From contig JAPEUI010000003.1 in assembly GCA_026025075.1 (NCBI GenBank), positions 62,001 through 126,000 of the forward strand: a stretch of DNA of 64,000 bases. The letters run 5' to 3'. This document shows positions 24,741 through 36,895 of this stretch, one piece after another (position 1 is the first letter of the stretch; every line of letters begins with the position of its first letter). Source of the DNA: Vezdaea acicularis. Its lineage: Eukaryota. The notes under the pieces are model-generated. The model had not been told where the DNA came from and did not search any database. It was given only the letters and a program-made list of their open reading frames with translations. A program made the position numbers and the translations under genes.

Positions 24741-27506
24741 CTAAGGCTGGTCCGCCTCCATCTCCATCTCCTCACCACCAGCCCGCCAAGCCCCATCAAT
24801 CGCGCATTCGACCCTCTGCAACACCTTCGCTCCACAGACCCCCTCAAACCGCGCCACCCGCTCCTCCTGATCCATGACCAAGAACCGCCTTAAACCCCAG
24901 TCCCTAGCATCCATCCCTTCCTCTGGGGCCCTCAGCTGAGCCAACACATACTGCGCTGCCCAAGCATTCATGCCCGCCTCCCTAAGGAACAGCTCCCACA
25001 AGGTCGTCTCCTCCAATAGCTCATAGTTCTCGTCTTTCAACGCATATTTGACCATCGACGCTACCGTCCACTGCGCGAGCTCAATTTCGCCACCGGGAAC
25101 GTAGATGACTTGTACGTCGTCGCCGCGGCCAATGGTAGAGATCTGGAGTTCGTTCAACGCTGCACATTCGTAGCTGTCCAGCTTCTCCCTTGCTAGACCG
25201 TCACTCGTACGGCCCTCAGAGACCAGCACAATCAACCTTTCGTACTTGGCCCCGACGCGCCAGATGCGGTCTTGGACGGGTGCGCGGACGGGCTGACCTG
25301 GAAGAGAACGCTGTCGGATCTGGGGCATAGTCGTCGAGATGAGCCCTGTGTTGGGCGAGATGGAAACATCGGCTTCGTCACTGAGCTTTGGACCGGTGGT
25401 AGAAGGATGTGAGGGGAATGCGGAGAAGTCGCGCTCGACGATGCAGGCGGTGGGGTAGAGGGATTTGATGTGGAACGTGAGACGCCGTTGGATGAGCAGC
25501 GTAGAGGAGAAGATGAAGGTGCAGCGCTCTGGTGGAGGTGTAAGGGATGGTTGCGGGACTGGTTCGCTAAGTACGGGTTCAGAAAGGATCTCCTGAGTTT
25601 CTGGACGTGATTTTCCGGCGTCGAGAGCTGGGAGGCCTGCATTCTGTACGGCTGGTAGAAAGTGGGGGCTTACTATTTCCAGTCTGGGCTTCTTCAAGGG
25701 TCCACCTCTGGCTACCAAAAAGTTGGCCAAAGAGTGGGATGCAGAAAACATCCCCCCCAGCAGAGAGGATCCGGACGGGATTTGAGACTGCCCGTTATGA
25801 GCTATAGGATTTTCACCTACTCCTTTTTTTGGCCCATTCTGTCCCCTTAGGAGGGTTCCCGCGCCGGATGTGTGCCCTTCATCATCTTCCAGCTGAAGCT
25901 CTCTTTTCTTCAGAAGGCTTCGAATGTCGTTTTGGGGCTCGAAATGTCCGGCCTCAAGGTCCTCTTCGTCATCTTCAAGTCCCTCGTCTCCTTCTCTCAC
26001 CATCCTCAATCCTTCAGGTTTCCAGACCAGATCCGAGCTATCAAGAGTTACGTTCGTGTCGGTGGAAATAGCATAAGATAGGAACGAATCGTCTTCCAAG
26101 AGTTCTTCATGTTCTCCAACATCTTGCAAGGCTCCAGGCAAGGGGTTCCATGGGACTTTCGTAGCCACGAGATTTGCTCCTGGCCAGAACGAATTACCCA
26201 GGATTGCGTCACCTAGGCGTGCCGTCTTTTCTTCATGGGCTTCTTGAAAGTCTGCTGCCCATGGTGGTGTAGGGAAGACAAAGTCTAAAATAGGTACAGT
26301 GACTCTCATATCCAATTCAGTGTCCGTGAGCTGTTCCCGCTCGATATTTTTTTCGATCCCCCCCGTCAAATTTGCTAGGCCTTGAAAGAAAGTATCGACA
26401 CATTTTTCATCTTCATCAGGCTCCGTGACTGGATTAAGAGAGGATGGTAAAACATTCTTCAATGCCTCATGAAAGGACGGTCTTTCCTTCACATCTTTCC
26501 AATCATCTGACGCTAGAGGTGTTAGTGGGCCTTCAACTTTGTGAAAGTTGCCCAGGACTCGAGGCTTTGGCGGTGATGAAACGAAGTCATTGATCTGCCT
26601 CAGTGGACTGTAAAGTCGCCCAAGCTCTTGTCCCGTCTCAAATTCCAAGGTTCTCGATGAATCGCCGCTGTTATGTCTAGTGTGCTGTGTAAAGCAAAGA
26701 GAGTCTCTCTCTGCAAGCGACTTGTCAATTGCTTCTAGTTGAGCAGCAGTCGGGCTCGTACGATCCGAGAGGGGCTCAAGACGGATTGGTGATGATGATG
26801 GCACAAATGGAAGGAACACAGGTGAACATGGCAGGAGAGGTGGAGTGACCAGTCCTATCAGAGGCTTCTGCTTTTGGTTTTAGGGGAATTGAAGCGATCC
26901 TGATGTGAAGGTGCTTACTCTTTGCTCTAACTCTATCTCGCTACATTCTATCTCCTGTTGAGTGCGGATGCATGGCTTTATGAAAGCCTGGAGAGACTTG
27001 AGAGTGTCCTTGGAGATGTCGAGCTTTTCCGAAGTGATTCCCCTATTGAGCTCCTGCCGAGCTTGGTCTACCCAGGGTGGCCATTCAACGTCTTCATCCT
27101 TCGAAGCCTCGACAATCTCAAATGGTATATTTGAATCTGCAAAGGTCGGCTCTAGGAGACCTCCAAAACTTCCGAGGTCGAGCTCATTGTCTGATCCAAG
27201 CAATGGTAGTTCCAGTTTCAGATCCCTAGTAGGTCTTTCATAGGACAAGTCTGGTGGTAGCCATTTCCCAGGTTTACAGATGCTACTAAGAAAATGGGCA
27301 GCTTTTTTGCTCACCGAGAGTCGCTCACTCTCTGTGAAGCCAACTGGCCTCGGAATCTCATACAAAGATGTGAAGTGGTGCGGCTCTTCTAATAGTGGGT
27401 GTAGTTGCCCATGTATTGCAAGGGCTTGGACAATTGTGTGATCCCTCGCAAGGCCATGAAAGCGTGCATATTCAATTAAATAATTTTCTTCGACACTGCT
27501 GCCCAT
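24741..27506 (-). CDS. Conserved fungal protein with a C-terminal XPF/ERCC4-like fold plus helical tail; candidate Zip2/SHOC1 meiotic factor; exons 27506-26919, 26867-24741
   Basis: Two long ORFs are joined in frame by a GTAAGC...CAG intron. The C-terminal IVERDF / EADVSISPNTGL / RVGAKYERLIVLVSEG pattern resembles the ERCC4 fold. The gene model is solid; the functional call is inference. Confidence 0.6.
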
Positions 27507-27832
27507 TTTTTCTAAAGTCAAACGATCTATGTATGAGGGACCGAGCTGGGTATGGCCGACGCAGCAAATCCTGATTTAGGGTTTCGCTGAAAGACGCCAA
27601 GACCGCACGCGCCCAGGTTTGTTATGCTATCTAGAGGCCCTCAACTCCCTCGCTCATGCTTGGTTGTTCACCATGAAAGGGTTTTTAATACAGAATGCGC
27701 AGGTGGGAGAGAGTCATTATGGCGCTTTGGGAAGTTTGTACAGACTCTATTCATTATCTACGCTCGCTTGTAAGGTCTAGCAATTTTGGGGCATCATCAG
27801 TACTTTTCGTCGCTCGTTCACGCTTGCAAGTC

Positions 27833-29137
27833 CTAGTCGTTGTAGTTTGACTGGCCGGATCCATCCTTGTTCACCAGTGGCAAGCCGAATTGTTGGTTGA
27901 GCTGCTCCTCTTGAGAAGTGCCGGCAGGGTCAAAAGTGGGACGCTCTCCATGGCAAGCTACACGGACGGCATGGCGTTGGTGCGGGGCAAAACCGTAAGA
28001 AGCCGAGTGGTTCTACTCATGAATTAGCCTGGATTGCATTACTGAGTTCGGGTCAACGCAGCATACCGAGATACGATTGTCCCAAAAGGCAACGTCGTTC
28101 TTGTTCCACTGGAAGCGCACATGAAGCTCTTGAGTAGTAGATATGATCTCGTTGAGGTATCGGATGATAGCGTCGCTCTCGGTCTTCGGTACGCCGACAA
28201 TTTTGGTCACGAAACCTGGGTTGAAGAAGAGTGACTTCCAGCCCGTCACAGGATGGGTTCTGACGAGCGGATGTTCAGTAATGACCGGGTCTCGTCGGAC
28301 TGGGCGACCAAGAGCACGGGAGCCTTCAGCTTGCATCTCAGCAGAGTGTAGGGCAGTCAAGGACTCGAGGTACGTCTGCATAGGCTTAGAAAGAGCATCA
28401 TACGCAGCGTACTGAGAGGACCACAGAGTATCACCACCACCACCTCGGGGTGGCCCGGAAAGCAACTTGAGCGAGGTGTATGACGGTGGTTGAAGCTCGT
28501 ACGTGACCTGGGTTACGTCAGCCTGACTACACAACCGGTCAAATGCCTCTCAACTCACATCGGAATGCCACAGGAAGGTAGGAGTGAAGTATGCACGCTG
28601 GTCCTTGGAGTTCTGGTTGGCGAACACCACATGCACGTCCTCCAAACCTTCCCTTCTCGGAACCGAAGTCGTAGCGTGCTTGTGGAGCTTCCCGAAGTAG
28701 CTACCCAGCTTTCGTTGAGCTTCGATGTCGAAATCATCCTGATTGCGGAAGAACACGACGCCTCTGGTGGCAATCAGGCGAGCGAGGTCGTTCTTCTGTG
28801 CGTCCGTGAGGCTAGTAAGTCGAATGCCATGAATCTCCGTACCAATCTTGGGATTGTAGTCGAAGACATCCGACGCTGCATCGAGGAGGTTGCGGAAGTC
28901 GGGGCTGCCATCAAGGGCTTTGTCGTGGTACGGCACCTCGGTGAGAGGCCCCCAATGAATGTCAGGAAAGGAAGGCTTGAGGTCTTCATACTCATAAGCA
29001 TTGGCATAGGATTGGACGGCTGTCATGCCTGGCACGTATTTGACAGCTTGAGGTTTCTGTACAGAATCATCACCCTTGATACTCTCCTTCTCGTAGTAAG
29101 TCTCGTTATAGAGAGGTTCTTGGAGGTATGGAGCCAT
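27833..29137 (-). CDS. TauD/TfdA family Fe(II)/2-oxoglutarate sulfonate dioxygenase (JLP1-like); exons 29137-28559, 28507-28067, 28012-27833
   Basis: Motifs PKIGTEIHG, RGVVFFRNQ, WHSDVTYE (HxD), GGGGDTLW, HPLVRTHPVTGWKSLF and WDNR..NH (distal His) are present. Confidence 0.92.
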
Positions 29138-32100
29138 GTTGAATGAACAAAGAAGCTGACTCGGAGTTGTACGATCGACCGAGTCTACTAGGCAAATGAG
29201 AGATGAATGAAGAATGTGGAAATCTTCAAAGACTTGTGTCACATTCGAATGATGATGTTGCAGAAAGAAATTTCTCTTAAATGCTACGGATGTACTGGGG
29301 GGTACCGCGCCATTTATATGGGAGATGGCGTTATTCGTCACGGACAAGCACACCATCGTCCGGTTCTTGAATCCTACCCGGAGGGCAACAAAATCACTCG
29401 ACGATCTTCCCGATTTCCCTCAAGCAACAGCGTGAGCGTCAACATCAGCGTCAGTGTTACTGTCAGAGTCAAGGCTAGACCATGAACAGTTCACGAATCC
29501 ATTCGGCTGGGCGACGGGGTGACGCCTTGAAAACCTAGATGATGGGACGGTTGCACACAGCTTGCATGTCGCCCTCTGCTTCAGGGTTTCGTCGGGCCAT
29601 AGCTGCTGGGCCATGTCCTTGTCGGGTGATCCAAGGCACGTTCGAGCCCGGGCAAAGCTGCAGAGTGTCCGGCCTGTGCATCGTCATCGTGGCGGGCTCA
29701 TCGACTTCGACCGAGTCGGCACCGGAAGGGGTACTAGCTACGGCGACGGTCGACAACGCGTGGACGAAGGAATGCACCTCGTCGTTGAAAGGAATGAGGT
29801 TGATGCCGGTTCAGATGGATCGATCACACGAAACTTTTGGCTGACGTTGGCGGAGGCAGGGTGTGTAGCCGCACGAGCCAGGCCACCCATGTCATCTATC
29901 CGCGGCGCCGAAGCCCATTCCAGGTGCAACGAGCTCCATCGGCGTCTACAATTGGCGCGTGAGGAGTTCCCCTGACCGATCCTAGTCGCAGGCGCAACGA
30001 TCTGTGGTTGGCGCACAATCCGCCGGCTCAATTGGGGATCACACCATATCACTCCCAGATCTCGCGACTCTGCTAACGCATGCAACAGACGCTGACCCCG
30101 CCAGGCGGTCTGTGTATAAGATCCTGGGGTGCTTGCTGCTACTGCCTGCTATTGCCTGCTGCTGCTTGCTTCACGATAGAGTTCGACAATTCCACAGTCA
30201 CCGCCTCTGCAGACGTCAACGGCCGCGACGAGGACGAACGCAGGCTGCCTGAAGGCGATTCCGACATTTCCCGTCCCATCAGAGGTCCCGCCCGAAGTGG
30301 AGTAACGCGGACACCGTCGGAGGATGCATCGAACCCGCATATATCTCTTGCCCTCACGCGCACGCTCGATGGCGAGGCCCATGTGCTATTGCTCATTACT
30401 TTGGCCCTTGGAGATGTCGAGCCGTAGGAGCCGGCCTCGATTCATCACATGGTCCCGACGACACGACGTCGTTGATGTCGCCAACGCCGCCACGACCCTC
30501 GACAGTTCGTCATGGACTGGATGAGAGAGCAGCACGATATGCAACCACCAAGGTCCGAGACCCCTCTCTCGACCGGCTTCTTCGCTAAGAGGTGGAGCTC
30601 TCTCCGCCCTTCGTCCTCTCGGGCCGCGCTACTACGCGAGCGTCCGTAGCGTGTGCAACCGCCGAGCGGCGTATGAGCTATCCTGGGACGCCATGCGCTA
30701 TGCACATCCCCGAAGAGAGCAAGTCAAGACGGCTGACCAAGCCCCCTCCAACCCCCTCCGATCCACGCCAAACGATGAACCCGGGAGACCTCCAATGCCC
30801 TCTTCAGTGTGGGGCCGGCTCACCGCTATCCCCGTATGCATCGTGCGCGGCCTAGAGGCACCATTGCTGCTCCTCCCTCCACACCAACGCCGAACAGCTG
30901 TCGTCATGGTGGACTGCTTAATCGCTCATCTCGACGACTTATAAAGTGAAGTGGTCGGACTGGACATCTGGCCATGCCTTCGCATCCACCGTCTCACGTC
31001 CCTCTCCCTTTTTTCTGTTTCTTCATTGTGTTCTGTTCGGTCCCGCTGGCTGCTCCAGCGGGCCCTCTCTCCTTGGGTGCGAGATTGGCTTTCGGGAGGA
31101 CGCTATCGGGCTTGCCTTGCATTGAATTTAATTTTCTCACACCATCATTTTTTGCCATCTTCCGTCTGGCACAACAGCTCGAACGCTGCAAGACAGGGCC
31201 GATGGACCTTCGCGAGCCACTCACATCGCGTCTGATTGGAGTCGATGCGTCGACCGGTGACGATAGTCATTCCAAGCCAGGACGCTTCCTCCACTTTGTT
31301 CAGGCCACCACCAACGTACGGCATCATTTAACGATGCCACGATGGCTTTTGCATCCTTTCAGGATGATGTTGTACGCTCCATGGCCGGATCACGCGCCCC
31401 ATTCATCTGCCCGCTCCTTTGCTTTGTGTTTTCGGGTCCGGGCTTGGCCGTTGCGCTTTCGTCGCTTGTGGGGAACGAGCTGCACCTCTTCTCGAAAGAA
31501 GACCGACCTCTTCTCCTCTTTCAGACGAGACGTGGTGAACGTGCTCAACGTTCAGAGGTTGGAAAGTGGCCACTGACTCGGATTTCCTGACTCGATCAGC
31601 TTGCGCCCAGAGTTCCAGCCCTTTTTCCGTTGCTCTTCAGCCTTTTGGCGCTAGCGAGACTATCTTTCCCTTGTTTATCTCTGCCAGCCTGCATCAGATG
31701 ATTTTCAACTTTACCACTCAACTCTCAGCTTGGCGACTATGTTTTTCGCCGCTAGAGGCGTAACGGAAATACAATCCACCTTAGCCATGCCCCGAACCTC
31801 GTGTGCGATTGTGACAACCCTTGAGTTGGGCATCACCCAGCGATACGGGCCGCTACAACATAAACAATAGTGCTAGGGTATCAGCTCGAATTACGACTAG
31901 CAGACCAACCGGATGTATGCTGAAATCTTCCGAAGCCAGGCTTCTACAGTCGTGGCCACCTTTTTGTAACTTCAACATGTGAATTTCTTAGTGCCATGGC
32001 GTATCTTGTCCAAGGACCGACCTGGCCTCATGAATTGTGGATCGTATGCCCTGAATAAGGCATTTTCAATAATGCGCCGCTGCGTACATATAGTATATAC

Positions 32101-32871
32101 GTGAGTCACAAGCTGGAAACGCCACAAACGGATCTGCATGAATGGTATGGTCTCTTGGTGAGGATCATCTGAGAGCCCTCAGTCAATCTCTTATCGCAAT
32201 ACCTACTTTCTTATCAAGTTAATTGGGGTTGTCAGGTTTGCGAAGGTCCATTACCCCTTATCTGAGCAATTAGTCTGTAGTGTCCTCAGAGAAGCCCTTT
32301 GCTCTGTCTAAAGATGGTATGATGGGGAATATTCCACTTGCAGTTGAGAATGAGCATCACTTCCCTTTCAAAATCGTGAACGTTAAGGAGTGTTTCTTTG
32401 AGTGCTTCTAAAAGTGACGTAGAACTTTCTTTACCTACTGGAAGTAAGGCTTTTATACCGTGTACATAGGATCCCAGACATTCATAACCGAGACACGCGT
32501 TAAGAGCTGTGAAGGTGAGAAGGCTTGGCGTTCGGCCGCATCGGCTAAAGATTAATGCGAGGGTACAAACCCCGTGTTGTGGCTAGTAGCCCAACAGTCA
32601 TAGCAACCTCCCTTATGAATAAGGAATTTGGGAGACCTTTTTGCGTTTGGAGTGTTATGAAAAGCTGGGGCATTATGAAAAGTTGGGGTAAGGGTATAGA
32701 GAGCACGGAAACGCTGAGAATAGAACGTCTAGTTCGAGGCTTGGTGTTATGCCCACAAGACGAGCTGGAGGGAAGATTTGGGTGAGCGACGAACAGTCAA
32801 CCAGCGGCAAAGAGGAGCCATTTTATATTGCATTCAACATTGTGCTGTCGATTAGAGAAATATCAGCTCCC

Positions 32872-33432
32872 ATGTCCAAGCCAGGAACCTGGGGGAGGAA
32901 GTTAGATATCTATATCTACTGTGACCCAAGAGCCGAGAGCTGCTACCGCCCTACCTCAGATGGGCAACCTCGTCACCTTCACTCGGACTGGAGGAACCAG
33001 AATGCCCCCCTTAGTCGCATCGATCTATCCACTGCTCCTACCACTGACTCACGGCGAGCAAACGGTGGTCCAATCCCTTACTCTCCGACTCGACCGTGGT
33101 GGGATTAAAACCCTCTCCACCCATCCGAATGATGCGGATTGGATAGGTGTATCACTCCCTACCCACCATCGAGAACCTCAGTCCAAATGCCGCGAACGGG
33201 CACGGCGTGTTATGCCGAACGCAGCTTTCTTCTCACCAACGCATGGGAATCTCAGACGCACTCTGTGCTTGCAGGACGTGAAGAAAAGGGGCAAACTGCG
33301 GCTTATGCCTATGCAACGGAAACGAAAGTTCGGGCCTTAGATGCGGAGACAGGGAGTGGCGATGGATGTGCTGAGTTCGTTCTCCTTGGTGAAAAAGGGG
33401 CGACGCGTGTAGAGGCCTGGGTGAACGCGTAG
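32872..33432 (+). CDS. Small hypothetical protein, 2 exons (intron approx. 33099-33146)
   Basis: The ATG ORF MSKPGTWGRKLDIYIYCDPR... can be spliced (GTGGGA...TAG) into the downstream ORF CITPYPP...RVEAWVNA*. No family recognised and the branch site is weak. Confidence 0.4.
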
Positions 33433-33670
33433 ACAGGGAAGCGGCAGTGTAGAGCATGGGATCTGTTTTCTAGGTCCAGGATCTCTACATAATAATGTTA
33501 TGATTCACGGCAATTAATCAATCAATACGTATTCTGCAAATGAGCGGCGCTCCTGTTGTAATTTTATTTGAGAACCTGTGACCAAACGCACGACCAGTCT
33601 CAGATTCCCACCCTGCGCCACACATGCAATCTCAAACCATCCATTGCACATCCCACGTCCCCACATCCCC

Positions 33671-35503
33671 CTAAAACGCAGGCATCTCCAACGCTGTAAC
33701 CTCCTCCCTCACGCCCCCAACTCTACTAGCCACGGCCAACAAGCCCCTCTCCAAATCCTCAAACACCATCCTAAGCACCACCAGCTGATCCTCCGCACCG
33801 TCCTGCGCCGAGCCGAGTCCACCTCTCCTCCGGGCCAGAGCTTGCATCTCAGCGAGCATGCGGCCCTCGACGACGCGGAGGTGCTCTTCGATTTCGCGCA
33901 TGCGCATGCCGTAGGCTGCGAGGAGCTGTTTCATGTCCTCGAGCTTGAGCGAGAAATATTCGATCAGGGAGCGGGGGACGTCGCCGTCTTCGCCGGTAGT
34001 GGTGGAGGAGGCGGTAGCGGAGGGGGTATTGCCGTTAGTTCGTGCATCTTTCGTCGGGCCAGTGCCGTTGGCGGTGCCGGGGGGTGCGGAGAGGGAGGCG
34101 TAGCCTGCGGGTAGGCGTAGGGCGTCTTGGGCTCTGAAGGCGAGTTTGGCCTCGGCGATGTCGCGGCGGAGGATGCCCTGTGCTTCGCGAACGCTGACGG
34201 CGTCGCCTTCGAGGGCGGCGGAGATGTTGGAGACTTTGCGGGCGACGAAGCTGACGTCGTTGGGGATGTTGGCGAGGGCGTCGGCGTGGGCGGGGGCGAA
34301 GACGGAGAGTTCATCCGAAAGGGTCGTTTGGGTGGTGATGTGTTCCTCTAGTAGGATGATCTGGGATTGGAGGTCGGGGTGGAGGTCGCTGAAGCGGGAG
34401 GTGGGGAGGAGGGTGGAGAGATTTATTTGTACGCCGGGAACGGTGGAGGGGGTGGGAGTGCTGGTTGATTGGCCGTAGCGTAGGATGGAGGGCGCGTGTA
34501 GGTGGGGAAACCAGGTTGTGGGTTGTGTAGAGAGGGAGGTTTGCGAGCCGAGGGATAAGGGGCCGATGGGTTGGTTGGGTTGTTGTTGTTGCTGCTGCTG
34601 TTGCTGCTGTGGTTGGCTTTGAGCAAAGAAGCCGGTGGTTGGTTGGGGTTGTTGCTGTTGTTGGTTCTGAGGTTGCCCGAAGATGCTCGTCGTGGGTTGC
34701 TGCTGCTGCTGCTGCTGCTGCTGAGGCTGCGGCTGTCCGAAGATACTGCCTGTATTTTGCTGCGGTTGGCTAGCTCCTGGATTGCGGATGAATTAGAGAA
34801 AGGTTACTTGAGACGGTGCACCTTGCAAAGCCGCAGCGGAAGATAAGTCAAATAGAGCTTGGAACAGGTACTAACCAAAGATACTGCTTGTCTGGGCTGG
34901 TTGTGAGGTGCCATTAGACTGCAGACTCCCAAAGAGACTAGTCTGGGGTTTAGCGGTGCCAAATAAGCCACCAGTATTGGATGCTGAGGTCATGTTCGTG
35001 CTGCCGAAAAGACTGGTGCTTTGAGGTTGGGTGGATGCTGCTGCTGTAGCTCCGAAGATATTCCCAGTCTGCGGTTGAGTTGAAGCGCCAAAGAGACTTG
35101 TTGTCTGTGGCTGGGTCGAAGTTGCTGCACCAAAGAGGTTTGTCGTCTGCGGCTGTGTAGATGCTCCAAAAAGACCTCCTGTAGATTGTGAAGAAGTCAT
35201 GGCTGTTGAGCTTCCAAAAAGCCCTCCTGTCTTTGCAGGTTCTGTTGTGGAACCGAAGAGATTTGTTTTCTGAGCTTGATTTGACGCCGAGCCGCCCCTA
35301 TCTGGACTGTTAGACTCATTTCTAGACTCTCCCCGGGAAAAGGTGTTGCTGCGTCGTCTGCTGCGGCCTCCCTCCCGCTCATCCATGGGAAGCGACGACA
35401 CCAGAAACACATAATGAAGGAACGCGACTTACATCAAAGAGTTCGCAGACGCCGTATTAATGCTTAGCCCTGCCGGTCCAGTGGCCGAGCGACCTAAAAC
35501 CAT
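33671..35503 (-). CDS. NUP49: FG-repeat nucleoporin Nup49/Nup58 (central channel); 3 exons
   Basis: It starts MVLGRSATGPAGLSINTASANSL, has many GLFG/SLFG/NLFG/SIFG repeats, then VPGVQINLSTLLPTSRFSDLHPDLQSQI and a C-terminal coiled coil (LEDMKQLLAAYGMRMREIEEHL...VASRVGGVREEV). Confidence 0.88.
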
Positions 35504-35732
35504 TTTGACTGAGCTATGTAAGGGGGGCCACGAAGGAATGCGCCGTTAATATGGAGGATGGCACAGGTCTCTGTCGCGAAATATTCCCTTGCTGTCACCT
35601 AGGCACGCGACGACGCTAAAGCGAACTAAGATTAGCGGCTCTGCGGCAAACCCCGTCTCTCGAATATCAGCCGAAAATGTAGTTTGCTATGGCTAGGTTC
35701 TCAACACCACAGTCCCTCGATGAGCTGCAAAG

Positions 35733-36895
35733 ATGGAAGAAGAAGACGATGACTTTTATGCTCCTGATGACGGGCAAGAGGAAGGTGTTTCGGCTGTGAA
35801 ATCAGAAGTGACTGGAGAGTCGAAAGTTGCTACTGCAGCGAACGAGCGTGGCGAGGACGACGAATTAGAGGAAGGCGAGGAGGAAGAGGAAGAAGAGGAG
35901 AGCGACTCTGTACGCGCTACTGACTTCACACCATTTTAAACGTGTTACTCATATCAGCTATAGGATATAGATATTATTACCGAGCGGAAGGACGAACCAC
36001 CACCTCCTCAACCCAAGTAAGCGAACGGGACAGTTGCCGAAAACACTTGCTAAATTGAGGCATCAGTCAAGCTGTGAGGTCCAGTGCAATCAGAATTGCC
36101 TCGGCAAAGGCTGGAGCCCCTGATCAAACTACCGGACCCAAGTCTATCAAAGCCGATCCGGGCAAAATACCCCCGCTAAAGTCTGGCGCGGATTTTCCTC
36201 CAGTGCGCACGTCAAAGATCGATGTCGATGCTAAACCAATTCATGAAGCTACAGGGAAGCCGATCACAAAAGTAGATCTCGATGCTGGTAAAGGCTTCTG
36301 GTAGGACCGGCATTAAAGTTGGCTAATTTTGCGAGCAGATTTTAAAGACGATGAGAAGCCTTGGCGGCGTCCCGGAACAGACACAACAGACTACTTTAAT
36401 TATGGCTTTGATGAGTTCACCTGGGCTAGCTATTGTCTCCGCCAGGACACGATGAGGGCCGAAATATCAGCCGAAAAGAAGCAGATGCAAGAATTTACGA
36501 CCATGATGGATATGGGAGGGGTACCACAGATACCTAGCATGCCAGGGGTGCCAGGAGCATCAAATCCAGGCGGGATGTCTCAGCTCCCTGGGATGGGAGA
36601 TATTCCTCCCGAGATGCAAGCTATGATGGCCCAGATGATGGCCCAAGGTGCAGACCCAAGCCAGATGGACCCAGCCATGTTTGCCGCAATGCAGCAGGCA
36701 ATGGTGGGTCAGGGCGGGTCTGGCTCTACTCAGGGGCAGAACTTTGGTGCTGCTCAGCAAGGCTTTAGCGGCCAAGGACAGAATCAGCAGCAGATGGGCT
36801 TTGGATATGACCAAGGGATGGGTGGGGATGGAAATAGAAACCGACAGGGTAATTTTGGGCAAAGGGGAAGAGGAGGTAACCGTCGGAATTGGTGA
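35733..36895 (+). CDS. FIP1: Pre-mRNA polyadenylation factor Fip1 (multi-exon)
   Basis: An acidic N-terminus runs into DSDIDII after splicing. The Fip1 motif KPWRRPGTDTTDYFNYGFDEFTWASYC is present, with an RGG-rich C-terminus. Confidence 0.93.

Noticed and set aside
32655..32690. 18-bp tandem duplication ttatgaaaagYtgggg
   Set aside because: Only two copies with no associated structure; probably local slippage.
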